Assembly (NCBI RefSeq): GCF_004010195.1
Contig: NC_057719.1
Span: 84,164,504 to 84,228,503, forward strand
Origin: Chiloscyllium plagiosum
Taxonomy: Eukaryota
Length of the DNA stretch: 64,000 bases
Direction of reading: 5' to 3'
Part shown: one piece after another, positions 51,129 through 61,061 of the stretch
Position numbering within the stretch: the first letter of the stretch is position 1
Layout of the letters: each line of letters opens with the position of its first letter
Translations under genes and position numbers: made by a program
The notes under the pieces: model-generated
What the model saw: the letters and a program-made list of their open reading frames with translations, nothing else
What the model was told of the DNA's origin: nothing
Database searches by the model: none

Positions 51129-53005
51129 TGTTACAGCAATATTAAATACAACAGCTCCTCCCATACTCCCAACCACTACTAGAAGTCAAATTTACAAAAC
51201 AATCCATCTCTCCCTTGAAAACAGGCCAAACATCAAAGAATTAAGGGTTGTCAACTTTGACCGGATGTACTCCAGGAGGACTTAATCACATGAACCTCTT
51301 CCCTCCAAATACCCTGTCCCCACTCACCCATCCTTGGCCACCTGAATTTCTTTGTAAAATGTTCACCATTACAGCACCTCTTGTTCCCACACCGAGTTCA
51401 CAAAGGTTAAGAGTAATCAGGAAAACAAAGAGTCAATAGTACAAGGAAGTACATTGGCATTATTGAGGCTGAAATGGTTAGGCGAAGAACTATAAGTTTC
51501 ACAAAATTCTGCCATAATCCACCACAGAAACAGTGCACACCTGAAGGAAAGACACCTTCACAGACTGACACTATGAACAAGCTTTATCTACTCATCCATC
51601 ACTTTTTTAATAGCACAGAAAGAAATGCAAATGTTGGATAAATGCTATAGATGCAGCTTGTCCTCTCAGCATCTGCAAAGCACATTACATTTTGATCAAA
51701 ACTCCACACTCTGAACATCAATGCAATGACAGCTCCTGAAACATCAACATCTGGGGTGTTTTCCTTTAACTATCATCATCAAGGTCAGCATATCAGTAGT
51801 GGGAACTGGGACACTTTCTATTGCAATGCAGGACTCTCTCGAGTGCTGCATTATCGATGATTCGTGCAGGACATTTCATTGCAATTTGTCCGAATCAATT
51901 GGATGCAGAGATTCAAAGAAACTATCTAAACAGCATAAGAGTTCTCCCAGTCAGCAGCTTTTGTTAACCACCACCTTAAATTATTTGCTTACAACAGAAA
52001 TAATTTGGCCCAATTAGTCATTCGGATCCCACATAAACAGAAAACATCCCCATAAGCCTTGATCACCCATTCCAAATGCCTATCAATAGTAATCCGTTCT
52101 TATCTTTTTTTAGTCAGTCATAAACTCCGCTAGGATACTGTTACGATCCCAGCTAATGCTGTTATTGATTAAATCAGATCCCAAACTGAAACCAGGCCTG
52201 ATGGAGTTTAGTTTTTGAAGTTAGTTCTCATAGTTACATATTCACGAGGTGCCACTGTTACCTTAACTTTTTAATTTCTTATTTGATAACTTTTCCAGTT
52301 TGGATGGCTTCTTTACAGTTCTGATGTTCTGAATTTTGATGGCCTTAAGCTTCTGTTCACTTCTGACTGCTTGAAAATATCGACACAAACCCTCACAGCT
52401 TGGAAACTTCAGAGTTAAACTGCTCTTCTGCACTGAAAACCTGGTTCTCCTGAGCTGAAATGCGATTCTGAACCAAACTCATTGGCTCCTGGACTGCTTT
52501 CCCTACATGTTATTCAAGTTCAGCTTTGTAAATACCTCAACTGACACCTAGCAGGCACTTAAATTGTGCTTCTAGTTCCTTGTTCCAAATAACTTTTACC
52601 TTTTTGAAAAAGGTTTTCTTGATAGAACTGAAACCAAAAATGTACTTCATCTGTACTTTAAAATCAAAATTCTGTATGATTCATGCATTATGCATCTTTG
52701 TCTTGGTATCAATACTAAAAATGTTACTCTGCTCTCTATCCTGAAATTCTTGTTTTTAATCTGACTTTTTTTCATTCAATCACAGGATGTAGGCTGAGCA
52801 GACTGCTTGAACTGCTGCAATCCATGTGCTGTAGGTAGACCCACAATGCCATTAGGGAAGAAATTCCCCTTGTTCTTGAGCTTCCCTTCATTGGAAACAA
52901 TATTGCTTCCTTCACTATCCCAACCCCTCATAATTTTAAATGCCTCTGTGACTCGCTAGCCCAACCAATATTAAGTGTTGCGCTTCGGCGGGTCGGTGTG
53001 GACTT

Positions 53006-53311
53006 TTAGATTAGATTAGATTACATTACAGTGTGGAAACAGGCCCTTCGGCCCAACAAGTCAACACCGACCCGCCGAAGCACAACACACCCATACCCCT
53101 AACCTAACACTACGGGCAATTTAGTATGGCCAATTCACCTGGGCTGCACATCTTTGGACTGTGGGAGGAAACCGGAGCACCCGGAGGAAAACCACGCAGA
53201 CATGGGGAGAACGTGCAAACTCCACACAGTCAATCGCCTGAGGCGGGAATTGAACCCCAGACTCTGGCGCTGTGAGGCAGCAGTGCTAACCACTGTGCCA
53301 CCGTGCCGCCC
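53006..53311 (-). mobile_element. Full-length HE1-type V-SINE inserted antisense into the 3' tail of another HE1 (52979-53005 plus 53312-53361)
   Basis: The host tail reads through once the insert is removed. ACTT is duplicated at 53002 and 53312. Confidence 0.9.
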
Positions 53312-53439
53312 ACTTGTTGGGCCGCAGGGCCTGTTTCCACACTGTAAGTAATCTAATCTAATATGTTTTGGTGGCAGTTCACACTCTTCAATTCATTTGT
53401 TAATCACAAGTAAGGCTTTCATCTAAACCCTTCAACCAG

Positions 53440-53860
53440 TTGGAGTCAACTATGTTAGCATTCTCACCTCTCAGTCCGAATTTTGAGAGATCATGTCTTG
53501 CTCACAAAACTCGAGGCTGACATTCCAGTGCAATACTGTGGATTGCTGCACTCACAGATGCGATCTTTGAGAGGAGACATTCAACCAAAGCCCAAGATAA
53601 ACATTCAAATGAATGCAAAAGATCCCATACATCATTTTGAATAAATGGTAAGGGACAGTGTCCTGGTGTCCTAGCCAATATTTGTTCTACAATCACTACA
53701 ACAGATTACCTGGCCATCATCTCAATGATGCTTGTGGGACTTTGCTGGGAATAAACTGAAAGACACATCTCTTACAACAGTAACTATGCTTCAAAATTCA
53801 TTGACTGCAAAATACTTCAACATTTCTGAGGTAGTGAAAGCTGGAGAATAGATGAAAGCA
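53440..53860 (+). mobile_element. DeuSINE (SacSINE1/AmnSINE1-like)
   Basis: Deu-domain-like GCAAAAGATCCCAT..CCTGGTGTCCTAGCCAATATTT..ACAGATTACCTGGCCATCATC..TTGTGGGA..TTACAACAGTAACTA, recognised from memory of the consensus. A decayed - strand relative lies at about 57440-57800. Confidence 0.75.
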
Positions 53861-54224
53861 TTTTGACTGAAAACTGACAGTGTATTTAATAAATGGCAGA
53901 GTTCCCTCCCAGAAGGAAAACATTTTTCTCCAAACACTCCAAAACTTTTGATTTTCACTAAGTGCAGTCTAAGCACTTTGGTACTGGGTACTGAGTTGGA
54001 TGATCAGCCATGAACATACTGAATGGAGCAGCAGGCTCAAAGGGCCGAATGGCCTACTCCTGCCCTTGTTTACTGTTTCCATTGACATGGTTTTGCGAAA
54101 GGGCAGTTGTGTTGACACATTTGTTCGACTTTGAGGTTGTAACTTGCAGGGTGATTATTGGAAACAATATATTTAGATTTTCACAAGACATTTAATAAGA
54201 TGTCAACACATGCTGGCACATGCA

Positions 54225-55337
54225 GGTGGTGGTACTCTATTAGTATGGGTAGTAACTTGACAGGTTGGATTCTGAGAAGTTGTTTCCCTGACCAGAGTCT
54301 AGAACAAGGACTGGCGTCAGGGTAATGGGTCAGCAATCTGGGAACTGGGCTGCGAAAAAAAAATTCAGTAGATTGGAATTCTTGATATCGGAGGATTGTG
54401 TGCGCTTCGTGGCCGATCCATAGATTTTTGGATTTTTTTTTAAAGGAGTCGGGTCTAGAAGGATTGTGGAGGTAGGCGAGTATTGAAATGGAGTTGAGGT
54501 CAAGGGTCATCTATATTCTACATAATGATCTCCAGAATGGAGGCTTTGCAGTCTTATTTAAGGAAAATTATTATTTCATTGGAGGCAGTTCAGAAAAGGT
54601 TCACTAGGATGATCCCTGGTATGGAAAGATTGTCTTGTGAGTAAAGACTAAGCAGGTTGGGACTCCTACTCCCAGCAGATTAGAAGAATGAGAGGTGACC
54701 TCATTGAAATATGTAGAAGTTTTAAGGGACTTGGCAGGATAAATGCTGAGAGGATGTTTCCCCTCATGGGGCAGTAGAGGACAACAGGGCCTAGTCTGAG
54801 AATAAAGGGGTGCCAATTCAAATCGGAGATGAGGAGGAATTTCTTCTCTTAGATGTTTGTGAGCCTTTGGAATTGCTTGCCACAGAGAGCAGTGGGAGCA
54901 GAATACTTGTGTATATTTAAAACTGAGATAGATGATCAAGGGTTATAGGGAAAATGCAGGAAAATGGATGTGAGGAATATTGAATCGGCCATGAGCCTAC
55001 TGAATGGCAGAGCAGGTTTGAGGGCTGGAATGGTCTACTTCGGTTTCTATTTCTTATGGTCTTATCTTTGTTACGCCACTGTTGCCTAAACAGTAGAGTC
55101 AAAAAAATCATACAGCTGTACAGCACGGAAACAGACCCTTTGGTCCAACTCGTCCATGCTAACCAAATATCCCAACCCAATCTAGTCCCACCTGCCAGCA
55201 CCCGACCCATATCCCTCTAAACCCTTCCTTTTCCTATACCTATCCAGATGCCTTTTACATGTTGCAGTTGTACCAGCCTCCACTACTTCCATTCATTCCA
55301 CAAATGCACCACCCTCTGTGTGAAAAAGTTGCCCCTA
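54225..55337. mobile_element. Cluster of CR1 3' fragments (+ strand about 54225-54510 and 54560-55060; - strand 55106-55337)
   Basis: Similarity to 62600-63135. Confidence 0.8.
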
Positions 55338-55427
55338 AGTATTACAAAGCTGATTTAGATCAATATCAGTAAAGTCATGTCTCCCTACCTTTCTTCATTC
55401 CTCTCCCCAAATATTCCTTAAAATCGA

Positions 55428-55855
55428 GGAGAAAGTGAGCACTGCAGATGCTGGAGATCAGAATCAAAAGTATGGTTCTGGAAAAGCACAACTGGTTAGG
55501 CAGCATTTGAGGAGCAGGAGAGTCGATGCTTCGAGCATAAGCTCTTCATCAGAAAGTATTCGGCCACAATGCAGTGGGGTTGTTCGGTGCGTGCTCCCCG
55601 GGGATGTTCTCTGAAACGTTCTGCAAGTTGGTGTCCTGTCATCCCAATGTAGAGGAGATCACATACAGAGCAACAGACAGTGGATAAGGCGTTTGGAAGT
55701 GCAGGAAAGTTTCTGCTGGATGTCGATCGATCCTTTGGGGCCTTGGATGGAGGTGAGTGGGGAGGTGTGGGCGCAGGTTTTACACCTCTTCCGGTGGCAG
55801 GGGAAGGTGCCAGGAATGGAGAGTGGGTTGATGGAGGTGGGGGGGTGGCGTGGAT
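55428..55855 (-). mobile_element. PLE fragment: terminus with decayed hammerhead plus GIY-YIG-proximal region
   Basis: ORF 55659-55946 PGTFPCHRKRCKTCAHTS resembles the 13430-13600 region. Reverse complement reads CTGATGA a gagc-ttat-gctc GAAG ca TC. Confidence 0.8.
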
Positions 55856-56049
55856 CTTCAGGTTTTTTTGTCATTTGTCCTAATATCTCTTTGTAAGGTG
55901 TCATGTTTATTTTATAATGCTTCTGAGATGTTCTTTGAGACAGCATGTCATATTAAAGTTGCTATCTATTTACAAGTTGTGGCTGCAAAAGAAAAAGAAA
56001 GGAAGGACTTCCTTTGGGACACTGAAGACGTGAAGCATAAAAAACGCAA

Positions 56050-56560
56050 GCAACAAAAACAGCAATTGTAGGAAAAGCTCAGGCAGGTCTGGCAGCATAT
56101 GAGAAGAGATATCAAAGTTAACGCTTCAGGTCCAGTGACTGCTCCTCAGAACTGATGGTAGGTAGGAAAATGTCAGTTTATATGCACAAGATAGGGTGGG
56201 GAGGAGGGGGTAAGGAGTAAATGATGGGTGGGGATAGAGGCTAAAGAAACAAAAAGAATAGTTGGGCCGACAAAAAATTAGATAAAAATCTGGCTAGGAG
56301 GGTGAATAGCTATTAATGGGGACTGTTAGTAGATAATAATGGAATGCGTGTAATAGCAGACAATGTAATAACAAGGGATGGAGAAAGGTAGGTGTTAGGG
56401 GAGCACCCTCAGTCCTGAAGAAGGGTTACACCCACCAACCCCCAGTCTTGAAGAAGGTTTACACCAGAAACGTGGACTTCTCCATCTCCTGATGCTGCCT
56501 GGCTTGCTGTGTTCATCCAGTCTCCTGCCTGTCTACCTTGAATTCCAGGATATGCAGGGG
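56050..56560. mobile_element. PLE termini: family D on the - strand (from about 56050) with an inserted + strand CTGAAGA-type terminus (about 56410-56557)
   Basis: Reverse complement gtt CTGAGGA..gtc-actg-gac..GAAG cg TT aac. On the + strand, agtc CTGAAGA a gggt-tac-accc is followed by a near-tandem second copy ending GAAACGTG gact. Confidence 0.65.
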
Positions 56561-56754
56561 GGTTTTTTTGTCTCTCTTGTGATAGCAAAGCCTGGTATGT
56601 GTGGAGGGTGGGGCAGGGACATGGCTCAAGCCCTAAAGTTATTGAACTTGTTGATAATGAACACAAGGCTGATCTTCTACTTGCATGTTCTCTGAACATG
56701 AATATTAGTGTTAAGGATGATTAGAGGATCAAATTCAAGTCAAACAAAAGGAAA

Positions 56755-57192
56755 CGATCTCTGAAGGAGGATCGCTGAATCAGAAATGCTAACTCTGTTT
56801 TTTCTCCACGTATGCTGCCAGACCTATTGAGTTTCTCTCCCCAATTCCTGATGAAGTTAAAAATCACACAACACCAGGTTATAGTCCAACAGGTTTTTTG
56901 AAGCACCAGCTTTTGGAGAATAGCTCTGTCATCAGGTCCACAAATACCTGAAGGAGCTGTGCTCTAAAAGTTAGTGCTTCCAGATAAAACTGTTGGATTC
57001 TCACCTGGTGTTGTGTGATTATTAACTTTGTACACCCCAGTCCAAAACCGGCACCTCCAAATCATTCCTGATGAAGGGCTTATGCCCAAAACATCAATTC
57101 TCCAGCTCCTCGGACACTGCCTGACTTGCTGTGCTTTTCCAGCACCACACTCTCGACTATTGAATTTCTCCCCAACAATTTCTGTTTCTGTC
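56755..57192 (+). mobile_element. Triple nested PLE termini (family D containing A containing B)
   Basis: ATTCCTGATGAAG is duplicated at 56844 and 57064. A GACTATTGA-TTTCTCCCCAA-like repeat occurs at 56821 and 57155. Confidence 0.8.
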
Positions 57193-57210
57193 AAAGGAAA
57201 CAACAGATAC

Positions 57211-57330
57211 CTTTTTAGCACATCCAAGCAAGTGAGTTCACGGTACAAGTGAATTCTGTTGGTCATTGCAATCAGTTTCTGGTCTTCATGGAAGTAATTA
57301 GGGAATCGACACCTTGCTATCTCTATTAGC
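57211..57330 (-). CDS. RAD51B: RAD51B coding exon (equivalent to exon 6), (R)LIEIARCRFPNYFHEDQKLIAMTNRIHLYRELTCLDVLK(R)
   Basis: AG at 57332-57331, GT at 57210-57209, 120 nt, phase 2/2. Joins in frame with both neighbours (CG+G = Arg, AG+A = Arg). Confidence 0.95.
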
Positions 57331-58699
57331 CTGAAATACAAACAAAAATTTTAAAAAGTACAGAAATATGAATTCCATCAAGAGAGCTCACAAAGCATAA
57401 TGGAGCAGAACACACTCCACAACAGCATTCAAGAGCAATTATTTCTCCCAAAAGACAGTACAGCAGACACATCTTTAGTGTCACAATCCCCTAAATCTTT
57501 TATATATCAATATGTGCGTCCTAAGGAAATAGCAATACCCCACCAACAGTTCATTTGCAATTGAGGATGCTGCTTGAGGCAGGCATGTTAGTCAGGAGTC
57601 TGGGAATAGTTCCAGCTCCTCAAAAAGTCACAGGATCTTTGCCATCCACTTAAATTGACAGGAACATCCAGACAGCAATCCCAGGTTAACATATTATCTA
57701 GAAGGTAGCGCTAACGACGAACCAAAACTGTCTCAGCACCACAATGATTAGTCTCTGCACCAGCAGGTTCTGAGTCAGAGATGTGCATGATATCAACTGA
57801 GTCAAGCTGATGGAAGCCTTGAGGAAAAAAGAAACTAAAACAAATCCTGCAGCTACTCCACTGACATCATGCACATCTAAATGTAATCTACCAACATAAC
57901 TCTAATAATTCTGCTGACCTCATGTTCCAGTTCCACCAATCATGCAAGTTTGCATCCTGATTTTACCCAACAGAAAATAGTGGAGAAATAAATATTTATT
58001 GTTACTTGGATTCTAGGACTGTTTAACTCTGCCTCTGTACTTAGCATGCAAGCAGCTCTGTGTAGTAAGTATTAGATCTAGATCTCATTCAAGAATATGG
58101 CGAGGTCTACTCCTGTCACCTTCTGCCCCTTTGCAATGAACCAGAGTGAAGGTAGTCGAGGAGTGAGGGTTATACAAGGACACAAGGTTACACTTTGTAA
58201 TATCAGACAATCCTGCCACTATAGATGATGTAATGAAAGAGTTGCTTAGATATCCCTCATCGTGTTCCACTTAATAACACGAAGGAGAGAGCAATGCTGG
58301 AAATACTATATTTTCTTCACTACACCAAACAGTGGTTCCTTCTCCCAATGCTGCTGCATTCAGACAGAATGAGGGGGAAGTCAGGAAAGGTACTTCACAA
58401 TATTGGTGCCCTCACTATTTGAGCCAGACGCAGATCAGTTAGGGCTATCAGGAATTAGCCAAGAATAATTTGAGTAGTGAACAACTTTGTTGTGGCCACT
58501 GAAGAGCACCAGTGTTCTTGCTACCTCCAGGGAATGGCGGCATACTTTTGAGATGGTGTAAGGAGTTAGTATGTCATGATCAGCAGGAAACGTTCTTGAA
58601 GTTAACATTGAGCCTGTCAGCATAACATTATCTGCCTAGCTTTGGTGAGTCTATGTCCACTGGATGTACCTAAGGATGGTGAGGGAGGAGGCAGGATGT

Positions 58700-58927
58700 T
58701 ATAGAGTCTTACTGCACGGAAACAGACCCTTCGGTTCAATCAATCCACACCAACCATGCTCCCAAACTAAACTAGCCCCACCTTCCTATGTTCGGCCCAT
58801 AACCTTTCCTATGCATGAACTTATCGACGTCTTTTAAATGTCGTTACTGCACCTGCATTCACCACCTCCTTGCAGTTCATTCCATATTTGAACCACTCTC
58901 TGTGTACAAAGGTTCCCCCTCATGTCC
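58700..58927 (-). mobile_element. CR1 3' tail
   Basis: Matches the reverse complement of 62890-63135. GATG(G)TGAGGGAGG is repeated on both sides (about 58675 and 58929). Confidence 0.8.
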
Positions 58928-59424
58928 TGATGAGGGAGGAAGTAGGGATAATAGCTGATGGATAGAATTCTACAATGAGTACAGTCAAGCTGTTGGTTGA
59001 CTTGAGTATGGAACAGTTCTCCCAGCTTTGGAAATAGCTGGAGATGTTGATGAGGAGAGTCTTGCAGAGATTAAATTAGCACAAAAATGCCTTGTTTCAT
59101 TCTCAGAAGGTATCTCGGTCGCTACTGAATTGCCTGATTTATTCATTCATGAATTACAACAGATCCAACTACTAGGACAGTTCAAGAATCAACATGGGAC
59201 TGGAGTCAGATACAGGTCAGACCAGGTAATGGTGAAAGGTTCTCTTCCCTAAAAAAGGACAAGAATGAAATACACGCTGAGCAAAAAAAACACACCAGAT
59301 TGATTCAATTTCTCAGCATACCATGACAGGATTTGAATGGTCCACTTTTGGGTTTATGGTCGAGAGCCATAGCCACGGTGTTGGTATACATTGAATTATT
59401 AGAAATCATAATTATTTCTCTTAC

Positions 59425-59561
59425 CGCTCAGCACTAAAAGCAGATTCGGTGTCAATGTAAATGACTGCTCCATCCAGACCACCCATACTGACAGGCAAGG
59501 TGGCCAACACGCTCAGCATCATACAGAATTGTGTCTTTCCACAGCCCGAAGGACCTGTCAC
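59425..59561 (-). CDS. RAD51B: RAD51B coding exon (equivalent to exon 5) with Walker A, VTGPSGCGKTQFCMMLSVLATLPVSMGGLDGAVIYIDTESAFSAE(R)
   Basis: Not in the ORF track; translated by hand. AG at 59563-59562, GTAAG donor from 59424, 137 nt, phase 0/2. Contains GxxGxGKT and YIDTE motifs. Confidence 0.97.
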
Positions 59562-60106
59562 CTAAACACAGGAAACTTTAATTGGGAACTATTCTGTAAA
59601 CAAAATCCAACACCAGGCTTACAGCTCTGTACAATAACACACGCCATACAGTTTAAACATGCTCCAAAAATTGATTCATACAGCTGGAGTCCAAAACCCA
59701 GTTAGGTCAGGCTCTAGCACACCAGGCATTCTGCAACATGCACACCATTCCACCTGAGTAGAATGACTTCAGACCTCAGCAGTTACAAATACATGCCATT
59801 TATGGTCCGGATCACACTGGTCCCATGTATGATTTCCCAGTCTGTTCAACTCAAGATACTATACCAGACCTTAAATGTGTCTTTGAAGAAGAAATAAATT
59901 GATTATAGTTGCCACATAGACTCACCTAATGGACATGCAGGGATATCAGCGAGCAGCACAGCAGGAACATGTCATAGCTCAAGTTGCATGCTTCAGGAAG
60001 AGGAATGGAGAAGATTGTGTCCCACAAATATTGGGACCACCAGAAGGGGCAGGCTATTATTTAGCATGCTTAAAAGGAAAAGCATGACTTGACTATCCAG
60101 AACGGT

Positions 60107-60401
60107 GGGCGGCACGGTGACTAGCACTGCTGCCTGAGTTCAATTCCTGCCTCTGGCGACTGACTGTGTGGAGTTTGCACGTTCTCCCCGTGTCTGCGTG
60201 GGTTTCCTCCGGGTGCTCCGGTTTCCTCCCACAGTCCAAAGATGTACAGGTCAGGTGAATTGGCCATGCTAAATTGCCTGTAGTGTTAGGTAAGGGGTAA
60301 ATGTAGGGGTATGGGTGGGTTGCGCTTCGGCGGGGCGGTGTGGACTTGTTGGGCTGAAGGGCCTGTTTCCATACTGTAAGTAATCTAATCTAAAAAAAAA
60401 A
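60107..60401 (+). mobile_element. HE1-type V-SINE with deletions in the tRNA head
   Basis: High similarity to 23173-23484. Confidence 0.92.
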
Positions 60402-61061
60402 CCTCAAGCCTATTCTACTATTCAATAAAATTACTGAGGTTCTACCTTAACTCCACCTTCCTGGACTATTGCCATTTCCCTCACCATGCAAAGAAATTAT
60501 CAATCTGCGTCAAATATGCTTAACATCTAAACATCCACAACTCTGATGAAAATTCCAAAGATTTACAACATTTGAGTGGGGACATTGCTCCTCACCTCAG
60601 TTCGAATTTGGATTCTTTATTCTGAGTTTATATGATTCCCGAGTTCTGGACATCTCAGCAAAGGGAAACATCCTCACAGTATCTGCTGTCATGCCCCTCA
60701 CAAAAAGGCCACCTCTCAATCTTTGAAACTTTACTGAATAAAAGCCATGTCTCCAGTATACTCATTACTTTTAGGTGGTTGCAGGTGCAGCCAACAAGAC
60801 AGTCCGCAATTATAAATGACCATCACAATTCAAAAATAATGCAGGTTTTGCAGAAGACCTGATAACCTGATTTCAATATTGACTTAAGTAACTTTGTTGT
60901 CTCAATCTACAATTTTCAATCTGTCAGCAATTCTCGAGCTGAAAACTGAATGTGACTTTTATTTGCAGCTGAGATCTGGAGTGCTGAGCTCAGTGTGAAA
61001 CACAGTATTTCTATCCAGGAGTCCAGCCATCTTGTATCACATTAAAGCTTCTCAAGTTAAC

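Noticed and set aside
56964..57341. ORF extension of the RAD51B exon into repeat sequence as an alternative C-terminus
   Set aside because: A canonical donor at 57210 gives the expected 120-nt exon. Read-through into PLE sequence has no support without transcript data.
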